Origin: Phototrophicaceae bacterium
GTDB taxonomy: Bacteria; Chloroflexota; Anaerolineae; Aggregatilineales; Phototrophicaceae
DNA: 64,000 nt
Reading direction: 5' to 3'
Assembly (NCBI GenBank): GCA_965261805.1
Contig: OZ253483.1
Span: 328,187-392,186 of the forward strand
Of this stretch, positions 57,026 through 64,000 are shown one piece after another. Under the pieces are notes generated by a model. That model saw nothing but the letters and a program-made list of their open reading frames with translations. It had not been told where the DNA came from and ran no database searches. The translations under genes and the position numbers were made by a program. Numbering within the stretch: position 1 is the first letter of the stretch; each line of letters opens with the position of its first letter.

Positions 57026-58441
57026 CTATTTGGGGTGTATCGTGTCTGCGCCACCCAGGTAGGGACGCAGCGCCTCGGGGATGACGACGCTGCCGTCTGC
57101 CTGCTGGTTGTTCTCCAAAATGGCGATCAGCGAGCGTGGAGTGGCCAGCCCGCTGCCGTTCAGCGTGTGCAAATATCGCGTTTTGCGGCTGCCGCGCGGA
57201 TAATAGCGCAGCCCCGCCCGCCGCGCCTGGAAGTCTTCGGTGTTGCTGCAAGAGCTGACTTCCAGCCATTCGCCACAACCCGGCGACCACATTTCGATGT
57301 CGTATTTCTTGCTCGCGCTGAAACCGAGATCGCCCGAGACAATCTCCAGGCGTCGGTGAGGGATATCCAGCGCAGCGCAGATTCCCTCGGCTTGCTGTGT
57401 CATGGCTTCCAGCACATCATAACTATCATCAGGCGTGGTGAACTGGTACATCTCCACTTTTTCGAACTGGTGCACGCGCTTGATGCCGCGCACATCCCGC
57501 CCGGCGCTGGCTTTCTCGCTGCGGAAGCATGGCGTGTGCGCCACATAGCGCAATGGCAGCTGCGCTTCTTCCAGAATCTCTTCGCGATGCAGGTTGGTGA
57601 TGGCGACTTCGGATGTGGGCAACAAGTATTTGTCGCCATCGGCTACGGGATAGACCGTGTCCTGGAACTTGGGGAATTGCGCGCTGCCATAGAGCATCTG
57701 CCCGTGCACGATATAAGGCAGGTAAAGCTCCTCATAGCCATTCGCGCGCGCCGTATCCAGGAAGAAGCTGATCAAAGCCCGCTGCAAACGCGCGCCCCAG
57801 CCAGTCAGCACATAATAGCGGCTGCCCGACAACTTGACGCCGCGCTCAAAGTCGATGATGCCCAGCGCTGGTCCCAGTTCCCAATGCGGCTTGGGCTCAA
57901 AGTCGAATTCACGAAACTCGCCAACCGGCGCGCCAGGGATGTTGTCGTCTTCGCCCGGGAAGACCGGCACGCTTTCATGAGGCAGGTTGGGCAGCCAGGA
58001 CATCTCCGCCTGCAAATCGGCTTCGATTGTCTTGGCGCGCGCATAGCCGGCTTCGATGCTTTCGCCCATGCTTTTTAACGCGGAGATCAATTCCTTGAAG
58101 GCGAGATCGGCATCCATATCGCTTTGGCTTGGTGGCGCGCTGCCATCCATGAGCGCCAACGCCGCCTCAAAGTCTCCGCTGCGGATTGCCCGGCTGGCGC
58201 TGCCGGCGCGTTGGGTTTTCTCGGCGGGCGTCATGGATTTGCTGCCACGCAATTTGCCCATGGCGCGATTCAGCTTGTTGCGGGCGGCTTGCGCGGTTTC
58301 GCATTGCGTGCGAGTTTGACGGCGGTCGGCATCCATCTCAATAATGCGGTCGATGCGCGCCGGGGCGGACTCCTCACCCAGCTTGGCGATTTGCGCTTTG
58401 ACCCAATCCGGTCGCGAGCGAATCAACGCGATATCAAGCAT
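57026..58441 (-). CDS. serS: Seryl-tRNA synthetase (471 aa; start at internal ATG 58441)
   Basis: MLDIALIRSRPDWV..., ...TPCFRSEKASAGRDVRGIKRVHQFEKVEM..., ...YLHTLNGSGLATPRSLIAILENNQ class II motifs; GGGAGA SD 9 nt upstream. Confidence 0.92.
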   Translation of the reverse strand: MLDIALIRSRPDWVKAQIAKLGEESAPARIDRIIEMDADRRQTRTQCETAQAARNKLNRAMGKLRGSKSMTPAEKTQRAGSASRAIRSGDFEAALALMDGSAPPSQSDMDADLAFKELISALKSMGESIEAGYARAKTIEADLQAEMSWLPNLPHESVPVFPGEDDNIPGAPVGEFREFDFEPKPHWELGPALGIIDFERGVKLSGSRYYVLTGWGARLQRALISFFLDTARANGYEELYLPYIVHGQMLYGSAQFPKFQDTVYPVADGDKYLLPTSEVAITNLHREEILEEAQLPLRYVAHTPCFRSEKASAGRDVRGIKRVHQFEKVEMYQFTTPDDSYDVLEAMTQQAEGICAALDIPHRRLEIVSGDLGFSASKKYDIEMWSPGCGEWLEVSSCSNTEDFQARRAGLRYYPRGSRKTRYLHTLNGSGLATPRSLIAILENNQQADGSVVIPEALRPYLGGADTIHPK

Positions 58442-58607
58442 GGTCTTCGGTTCTCCCTTGTTGTGTATCGTGCAACCAGGCTGGAGCATCGTCGGGCGGC
58501 GGCTTGCGCAGATCTCGCAGGAAGCGCCGGCCCGCCAACAGCGCGCCCAGCGCCAGACTGAGCACAACCAGCAGGTCGAAGAATTGCGGCGTCAGCAGCT
58601 CGGTCAT
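58434..58607 (-). CDS. Unlisted 57-codon ORF: predicted single-pass membrane micro-protein, overlap-coupled to lysS and serS
   Basis: Hand translation MTELLTPQFFDLLVVLSLALGALLAGRRFLRDLRKPPPDDAPAWLHDTQQGRTEDHA-stop. Its ATG overlaps the lysS stop (ATGA, 58607-58604). Its last codons overlap the serS ATG (CATGCTTGA). GC3-rich codons. Confidence 0.45.
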   Translation of the reverse strand: MTELLTPQFFDLLVVLSLALGALLAGRRFLRDLRKPPPDDAPAWLHDTQQGRTEDHA

Positions 58608-60475
58608 GCCTTCGCGCCCGCTTGCAGGGAAGTCCAGAACTGCGCCAGGTCGATCTCCTGAAGTTCATCTTCCACGCGGTAGAAGCCCGACTCGGTCATC
58701 ACATACAGCGCGCCAGCAAATGCCCGGTCGATATTCCGCAGTTGCGGCAGCGCGCCTTTCAGCGCATTCGCCATACGGAACTCGACGCCGATCCCGCATT
58801 TGGGCAGCAGCAGCCCCAGCACCCGTTTCTTGCTCCCCAGCGGCACATCGAGCTGGTATTCCAGTTCGCGCACAGCCGCATCCAGCATGAATTGTCCGCG
58901 CAGGTCGCGCTCGGAAGGGGCTGGCGCGCGCAGATGCGGATACAGCAGCACATCGCGGATGCTCACCTGGTCGGTCAGCAGCATGACCAGGCGGTCGACG
59001 CCTGCGCCAAAGCCACCATTGGGCGGCATGCCATAGCGCATCGCATTGAGATAATCCTCGTCCAGCGGCGTGGTCTCATCGGCTTCATCGGCGTAGAGCC
59101 GCTTCATCTCTACAAAGCGCGCCTGTTGATCGCGGGGGTCGTTGAGCTCGGTGAAGGCGTTGCCCATCTCCATGCCGGCGATGAAGAATTCAAAGCGCTC
59201 GGTGTGGCTTTCGATGTAACGCCGCTCTTTTTCTTCACCAATCGATTCGGCGCTGCCCAGCCGCTTGGCAAACGGCGACATATCGCGCGGATAGTCCTTG
59301 ATTATGGTCGGCTGGATGAGGTGCGGCTCAATGTGGTCGCCCAGCAAGCGCTCGACGATCATGCGTCCCCAAGTGTCGTCCGCGTCCAGCCCATCCGCCA
59401 GCCCGCGGGTTTGCAGATAGGCGTTTAGCGATTCGCTGGTCGGATAATCCATATAGTCGAAACCCAGCAGTTCCTGCACAGCTTCGCGGATGCTGAGTCG
59501 CTTCCAGGGCGGCGACAGGTCGATTTCGCGCCCCTGATAGACGATCTGCGCGCTGCCCGTCACCTGCTCGGCGCAGCAGGCGAACATGCGCTCGGTGATG
59601 TCCATCACGCCGGCGTAGTCGATATAGGCTTTGTAAAACTCCAGCATGGTGAATTCGGTATTGTGCTTGTAGCTGACGCCCTCGTTGCGGAAGTCGCGCC
59701 CGATTTCGTAAACCGCGTCATATCCGCCGACCAGCAGCCGCTTCAGATACAGCTCAAAGCTGATGCGCAGGTACAAATCCTGATGCAGCTGGTTGTGATG
59801 CGTGGTGAAAGGCCGCGCCGCCGCGCCGCCATACAGGGGCTGCAAAATCGGCGTTTCCACCTCCAGCATGCCTTCCGCATCCAGGAAGTTTCGCAGCGCC
59901 GTGATTGTGCGCGCCCGCTTCACAAAAACATCCCGCACCGGCTTGTTCACAGCCAGATCCGCATAGCGCTGGCGATAGCGCATTTCTGTGTCTTTGAACT
60001 CGCCATATTCGACCAGCGCGCCATCATCCAGCCGTCGCTCTTTGACGACAGGCAGCGGGCTAAGCGACTTGGCCAGCAGGCGCAGTTGACGAACATTGAC
60101 GCTGATCTCGCCGGTTCGCGTGCGCATCATCTCGCCGCGCGCTTCGACAAAATCATCGACATCGATCAGCTTGCGGCGGATGCGTTCATACATTTCCGCG
60201 CCCAGCGTGTTGACGCGCAGAAAGAGCTGCACGCGCCCGCTTTCGTCTTCGATGTGGGCGAAAGACAGCTTGCCTTTGGTATTGAGTCGGCGAATGCGCC
60301 CTAGCAGCGTTACTTCAACAGCCTGTTCAGCCGATTCGCTGGCGATAAATGCCTCGACCGCCTGAGCGATGCGATGCGTGCGTTGTGTGCGGGCCGGGTA
60401 GAGCGGCACGCCAGCTTCTGCCAGGCGCGCTGCTTTTTCCAGCCGCTCCCGCTCCAATTTGTTGGGTTGCCACAT
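58604..60475 (-). CDS. lysS: Lysyl-tRNA synthetase, class II, with a ~107-aa C-terminal extension (623 aa)
   Basis: OB-fold N-domain (VEVTLLGRIRRLNTKGKLSFAHIEDESGRVQLF), RDFRNEGVSYKHNTEFTMLEFY motif 2, GGFGAGVDRLVMLLT motif 3. The ORF continues 107 codons beyond the usual ...RDVLLYPHLR end. Confidence 0.9.
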   Translation of the reverse strand: MWQPNKLERERLEKAARLAEAGVPLYPARTQRTHRIAQAVEAFIASESAEQAVEVTLLGRIRRLNTKGKLSFAHIEDESGRVQLFLRVNTLGAEMYERIRRKLIDVDDFVEARGEMMRTRTGEISVNVRQLRLLAKSLSPLPVVKERRLDDGALVEYGEFKDTEMRYRQRYADLAVNKPVRDVFVKRARTITALRNFLDAEGMLEVETPILQPLYGGAAARPFTTHHNQLHQDLYLRISFELYLKRLLVGGYDAVYEIGRDFRNEGVSYKHNTEFTMLEFYKAYIDYAGVMDITERMFACCAEQVTGSAQIVYQGREIDLSPPWKRLSIREAVQELLGFDYMDYPTSESLNAYLQTRGLADGLDADDTWGRMIVERLLGDHIEPHLIQPTIIKDYPRDMSPFAKRLGSAESIGEEKERRYIESHTERFEFFIAGMEMGNAFTELNDPRDQQARFVEMKRLYADEADETTPLDEDYLNAMRYGMPPNGGFGAGVDRLVMLLTDQVSIRDVLLYPHLRAPAPSERDLRGQFMLDAAVRELEYQLDVPLGSKKRVLGLLLPKCGIGVEFRMANALKGALPQLRNIDRAFAGALYVMTESGFYRVEDELQEIDLAQFWTSLQAGAKA

Positions 60476-60581
60476 CCGGGCGCTGTCTCCAGCCAGTGGG
60501 CGCTTGCGGCGCAAACGATAGTATAGGATGCGCCGAAATTACAGGTGGAATCGCGCTGTGACAAATTGCGGGAATTGGCGC

Positions 60582-60609
60582 TTGCAATTTGAAACGAGCC
60601 GCCTATGCT
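60582..60609 (+). promoter_or_regulatory. Candidate sigma70 promoter upstream of the MFS remnant and MFS gene
   Basis: TTGCAA (60582-60587), 16-nt spacer, TATGCT (60604-60609). Confidence 0.35.
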
Positions 60610-60646
60610 TGCGCGAGCGTGAAGATGTGCGTGGATTGCATTTTGT

Positions 60647-60964
60647 ATGCAAGACGCTGAGGAAGCTCAGCCTGCCGAGCGCTGGCTCGTCACTCTGGTT
60701 GTGGTGGCGCTGGCGCAGGCGCTTGGCACTGGTGGCATTACCTTTTTTTACCCCTTTTTGCCGCTCTACATTCAGACGCTGCGCGATGCCCACTTCGTTA
60801 GTCCCGATCTGTTGGCTGGCTTGGTGATCGCGGCGGGTTTTGGCTTGCGCGCGGTCTTTGCCCCGGTCGCCATCTATTACCTGGCCATGCTTGTGATCGG
60901 CGCGCAATTCCTGCCTGCGCCAAAACGCAAGCGGCTGCGTTTGATACCCATGCTATCGAGGTGA
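60647..60964 (+). pseudogene. Truncated, degenerate N-terminal copy of the adjacent MFS transporter gene
   Basis: WLVTLVVVALAQALGTGGITFFYPFLPLYIQTL...DLLAGLVIA parallels WKFTLSVVFVSQVLSAVGFSMIFPFLPLYIAEL...ELLAGLVIS of the next gene. It lacks the DRFGRK loop and stops after ~3 TM segments. Confidence 0.55.
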
Positions 60965-60965
60965 G

Positions 60966-62237
60966 TTGATTATGGCACGAGTCTTTGCGCTGCGAGCAAA
61001 TGCCCATCGGTCGGCGCTGCCCTTCATCACCAACTGGAAGTTCACGCTGAGCGTGGTCTTTGTCTCGCAGGTGCTGTCGGCGGTCGGTTTTTCGATGATA
61101 TTTCCTTTCTTGCCGCTCTACATCGCTGAACTGGGCAGCGCCGGCGGGCACAGCACAGAATTGCTGGCGGGCTTGGTCATCTCGGTGCAAGGCTTGACCA
61201 TGATGTTCACCGCGCCGTTGTGGGGCGCAGTCGCCGATCGCTTCGGACGCAAGAAGATGATCATGCGGGCGATGTTTGGCGGCGGCATCACGCTGGCGAT
61301 GATGGCTTTTGTGCAATCGGCCGAGCAGCTGATCCTGGTGCGGGCGCTGCAAGGCTTGGTGACGGGCACAGTCTCGGCGAACAACGCGCTGGTGGCTTCG
61401 GTCGCGCCTCGCAGCCGCGTCGGATTCGCCATGGGCACGCTGCAAGTTGGCTTGTGGGCTGGCGTGGCGGTGGGTCCAGTGCTGGGCGGCGTGCTGGCAG
61501 ATCTGTTCGGCTACAGCATGCCCTTTCTGTTGACAGCCGGGTTGCTCGGCGCGGGCGGGCTGATCGTGCTGCTGGGCATCAGCGAAGATTTCACACCGCC
61601 ACCACACCAGGCGCATTTTGCCATGGGCGCGATGGTGCGCGGCTGGCGCGACATTCTGGCGACCTCGGGGGTCAGCCTGCTGTTCTTCATGCGTTTTTTG
61701 GCTGGTTTGGCGCGCACGGTCATCATTCCAATCGCGCCGCTCTTCGTTGTCTCGCTGATTGCCAGCGACGCCGCCAGCAGCAATACCTACGCGGGCTTGG
61801 TCATGGCAGCTTCGGCAGCGACATCGACGCTTGGCGCAGTCTACTTGGGCAACTTGGGCGACCGCATCAGCCATCGCAAGGTGCTTCTGTTCAGCGCTGT
61901 GGCCGCCACCCTCCTCTACCTGCCACAAGCCTTCGTGGCCGATATCTGGCAGCTGCTGATTCTGCAGGGCTTGGCAGGATTTGCGGCCGGCGGCATCGTG
62001 GCAGCGCCCAGCGCATTGCTTTCGCGCTTCACCAGCAAAGAGACAGCTGGCGCGGTCTATGGCTTGGACAATTCGGTCATCAGCGGATCGCGAGCGGCGG
62101 CGCCCCTGGTCGGCGCATCGGTGGCGATTCTGCTGGGCATGCGCGGCACTTTCTTTGCGGCGGCGCTGGTCTTCGCTTTGATCGCCCTGGTAACCTGGCG
62201 TCTGCTGCCCTCGGATGGCGAAAGTCGCGCGCGCTGA
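60966..62237 (+). CDS. MFS transporter (12-TM drug/H+ antiporter-like)
   Basis: 423 aa; GAVADRFGRKKMI motif A loop, repeated hydrophobic helices. Confidence 0.8.
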   Translation: MIMARVFALRANAHRSALPFITNWKFTLSVVFVSQVLSAVGFSMIFPFLPLYIAELGSAGGHSTELLAGLVISVQGLTMMFTAPLWGAVADRFGRKKMIMRAMFGGGITLAMMAFVQSAEQLILVRALQGLVTGTVSANNALVASVAPRSRVGFAMGTLQVGLWAGVAVGPVLGGVLADLFGYSMPFLLTAGLLGAGGLIVLLGISEDFTPPPHQAHFAMGAMVRGWRDILATSGVSLLFFMRFLAGLARTVIIPIAPLFVVSLIASDAASSNTYAGLVMAASAATSTLGAVYLGNLGDRISHRKVLLFSAVAATLLYLPQAFVADIWQLLILQGLAGFAAGGIVAAPSALLSRFTSKETAGAVYGLDNSVISGSRAAAPLVGASVAILLGMRGTFFAAALVFALIALVTWRLLPSDGESRAR

Positions 62238-62248
62238 CATTGCGCTGG

Positions 62249-62276
62249 TTGCGCCCAAGCCGCCAAACGCTATAAT
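62249..62276 (+). promoter_or_regulatory. Candidate promoter giving a leaderless mRNA for the EndoIII-like gene
   Basis: TTGCGC (62249-62254), 16-nt spacer, TATAAT (62271-62276). ATG 62283 lies 7 nt after the -10 box; no SD possible in GCGCGC. Confidence 0.4.
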
Positions 62277-62282
62277 GCGCGC

Positions 62283-62987
62283 ATGCCAGCCAAGCGTGAT
62301 CCTCTCGCCAAAGTCGATAATTTGCCTGCGCGCGCCGCCAAATATGCGCCTGTGTCCGCTGCTTTGACAGCTGTCTATGGTCAACTGGACTGGTCGCGGA
62401 ATCAGGATGGCATGGACGAACTGGTCAGCTGCATCCTCAGCCAGAGCACCACCGACACCAACCGCGACCGCGCCTTCGCGCGCCTGAAAGAGCGTTACGA
62501 TGATTGGGCGGCAGTTCGCTTCGCCGACCTTGAGGAGTTGATCGAGGTGACTCGGCCAGCGGGCTTGGCGAACCAGAAAGCGCCGCGCATTCAAGAGGCG
62601 CTGGGCGCAATCCACGACCACGCTGGCGAATACAGCATCGACTTTCTGGAGACGATGTCGCTGGCGGACGCCAAAGCCTGGCTGGTCTCGCTGCGCGGCA
62701 TCGGTCCCAAGACAGCCGCCATCGTGCTGTGCTTCGCATATGGCAGACCGGCTTTTCCGGTCGACACGCATGTCTTCCGCGTCGGCAAGCGCATCGGCTT
62801 TCTGCCCGCCAGGATCTCCGCCGACAACGCGCATCCGGTGATGGAGGCGATCACGCCGCCAGACGACTATTATCAATTTCACATCCAGCTGATCCAGCAT
62901 GGGCGCGATACTTGCCATGCGCGAACGCCAGCCTGCGAACGCTGCCCGATTACTGCGCACTGCGACTATTTCGCCGCGCTCGACTGA
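62283..62987 (+). CDS. Endonuclease III-like HhH-GPD DNA glycosylase with 4Fe-4S cluster
   Basis: LRGIGPKTAAIVLCFAYGRPAFPVDTHVFRV helix-hairpin-helix/GPD region and C-terminal CHARTPACERCPITAHC (C-x6-C-x2-C-x5-C). Confidence 0.82.
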   Translation: MPAKRDPLAKVDNLPARAAKYAPVSAALTAVYGQLDWSRNQDGMDELVSCILSQSTTDTNRDRAFARLKERYDDWAAVRFADLEELIEVTRPAGLANQKAPRIQEALGAIHDHAGEYSIDFLETMSLADAKAWLVSLRGIGPKTAAIVLCFAYGRPAFPVDTHVFRVGKRIGFLPARISADNAHPVMEAITPPDDYYQFHIQLIQHGRDTCHARTPACERCPITAHCDYFAALD

Positions 62988-63004
62988 GAATTGCGAGGGC
63001 TCAC

Positions 63005-63787
63005 TTGGCAGAAACCAGCCAGTCTCATGTCATCATTTCGCCGCATTTTGATGATGGCGTCTTCAGTTGCGGAGGCATGGCGAATCAACTGCGCAGGGCT
63101 GGGCACAACGTTACCATCGTGACCATGATGGGCGGCGTGCGCGAAGGCGCTGCGCCAGACACGCCGATTCTGCGCGACTTGCTGCGGCGTTGGGAGGCGG
63201 GCGTCGACCCCCTGCGGCATCGGCAGCTGGAAGATGAGCGGGCTGCGCAGGCTCTTGGCGTTGAGTTTTCGCATATTCCGCTGACCGATTGCGTCTATCG
63301 CGTGGTCGATGGCACGGCGCTGTATCCATCGGAGGAATCGCTCTTTGGCGAAGTGCATGCTGCCGACTTCGCGCCGCGTCTGCTGCAGGGCATTGGCGTG
63401 CCGCAGATCAGCGACAGCACGACCGTCTACCTGCCACTGGCTGTCGGGCATCATGTCGATCATCAGATTGTGCTGGACTGGGGGCTGAGCCAAATCGCCG
63501 AGAATCCCGGGCGCTGGTCGCTGCGCTTTTATGCCGAATACCCCTATTCCAACGCCGACAAATCCACCGAGATCGCTTTGGACGCTCTGGGAATGGCGCT
63601 GCGGTCGGCTGATTACACGCTGGGCGAGGCTGATATGCGCGCGAAGCTGACTGCCATCGCTTGTTATCATTCGCAAATCAGCACTTTCTGGCAAGATCTG
63701 CGGGATATGGAAGCGGATGTGCGCCGCGCCTTCACCGACCCGCAGACTGGCGCTTATGTCGAGCGCATGTGGCAGCCCGACTCATAG
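63005..63787 (+). CDS. PIG-L/LmbE family N-acetylglucosaminyl deacetylase (start reassigned to TTG 63005)
   Basis: VIISPHFDDGVFSCGG...VTIVTMMGG motif. GAGGG SD 5 nt upstream of the in-frame TTG; the listed longer ORF overlaps the glycosylase gene. Confidence 0.72.
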   Translation: MAETSQSHVIISPHFDDGVFSCGGMANQLRRAGHNVTIVTMMGGVREGAAPDTPILRDLLRRWEAGVDPLRHRQLEDERAAQALGVEFSHIPLTDCVYRVVDGTALYPSEESLFGEVHAADFAPRLLQGIGVPQISDSTTVYLPLAVGHHVDHQIVLDWGLSQIAENPGRWSLRFYAEYPYSNADKSTEIALDALGMALRSADYTLGEADMRAKLTAIACYHSQISTFWQDLRDMEADVRRAFTDPQTGAYVERMWQPDS

Positions 63788-63979
63788 CTCGCTGCAATCC
63801 CAGAAGAAGCCGCATTTTGGACACAGCACTTTGCAGCGCCGCCGCAGCACCGGGCTGTTGCAAGCCGGGCAGACGCTGCTGAGCGTGAAGTTGCTGATGG
63901 GTGCTGGTGGCGACTGGGCATAGATGCGGGTTGTTTTGGGCGGCTGGGGCTTCTTTGGGGGCATCGGCTGGTTTTTCAT
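63782..63979 (-). CDS. Small zinc-ribbon protein (65 aa), Pro/Lys-rich N-terminus
   Basis: CPAC-x13-CPKC four-cysteine pattern, GC3-rich codons; no family recognised. Confidence 0.4.
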   Translation of the reverse strand: MKNQPMPPKKPQPPKTTRIYAQSPPAPISNFTLSSVCPACNSPVLRRRCKVLCPKCGFFWDCSEL

Positions 63980-64000
63980 CTTTGGTGCGCGGGGCTGGCG

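Noticed and set aside
58442-58603. Looked for T-box leaders upstream of serS, and upstream of lysS at 60476-60646
   Set aside because: No GGGTGGTACCGCG-like T-box sequence or specifier/antiterminator arrangement was seen on the minus strand. The serS spacer is better explained by the micro-ORF.
60798-62960. 720-aa ORF on the minus strand spanning the MFS and glycosylase genes
   Set aside because: It lies antisense to two genes with clear family motifs. Its translation is Arg/Gln/His/Ala-rich low-complexity with no motif. This is the typical shadow ORF of a GC-rich genome.
1-64000. Searched by eye for CRISPR arrays, tRNA or rRNA genes, transposases, integrases, toxin-antitoxin pairs and reverse transcriptases
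   Set aside because: I saw no regularly spaced direct repeats. The GGTTCGA-type T-loop matches I noticed lay within coding sequences with no tRNA-like arms around them. No DDE, tyrosine-recombinase or RT motifs appeared in any plausible ORF. A proper tRNAscan, cmscan or HMM run could still find something I missed.

Overview
GC-rich (about 60% by eye, not computed), densely coding, mostly housekeeping bacterial chromosome.

Layout:
1. 1-7.7 kb: distal complex I operon, nuoI (partial)-J-K-L-M-N.
2. 7.8-22.4 kb: mixed block with a PhyH-type dioxygenase, mfd, a serine hydrolase, pth, a CN-hydrolase, an ABC exporter, an alpha/beta hydrolase and an acyl-CoA dehydrogenase.
3. 22.4-45.2 kb: unbroken Bacillus-type str-S10-spc-alpha ribosomal supercluster, rpsL-rpsG-fusA-tuf-rpsJ...rplO-secY-adk-map-[secreted hydrolase]-rpmJ-rpsM-rpsK-rpoA-rplQ-truA-rplM-rpsI.
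4. 45.2-57 kb: YabN-like methylase/MazG fusion, sugar nucleotidyltransferase, ATL-type alkyltransferase-like protein, VOC protein, a four-gene glycan operon (sugar dehydrogenase, GT4, GT9-GT26 fusion, RfaE-type heptose kinase) and an ABC-2 transporter.
5. 57-60.5 kb: lysS and serS.
6. 60.6-64 kb: MFS transporter, EndoIII-like glycosylase, PIG-L deacetylase, Zn-ribbon protein.

I recognised no rRNA, tRNA, CRISPR, transposase, integrase or phage genes, and no obvious defence or mobile system.

Three themes seem worth a second look:
- Core proteins carry extra modules: NuoJ (+~265 aa), NuoL (two insertions, one His-rich), Pth-TPR, LysRS C-terminal domain, a longer SerRS arm, and the GT9-GT26 fusion.
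- An unlisted 57-codon membrane micro-ORF is overlap-coupled between lysS and serS.
- There are several signs of gene decay or assembly error: a 1-nt frameshift in tuf, internally deleted YbaK-like and SpoU-like remnants, and a truncated MFS copy.

Gene order and protein signatures are of the Firmicutes/Chloroflexota type. With this GC content I would guess Chloroflexota, but that is inference only. All calls rest on reading the translations by eye; no searches were run.
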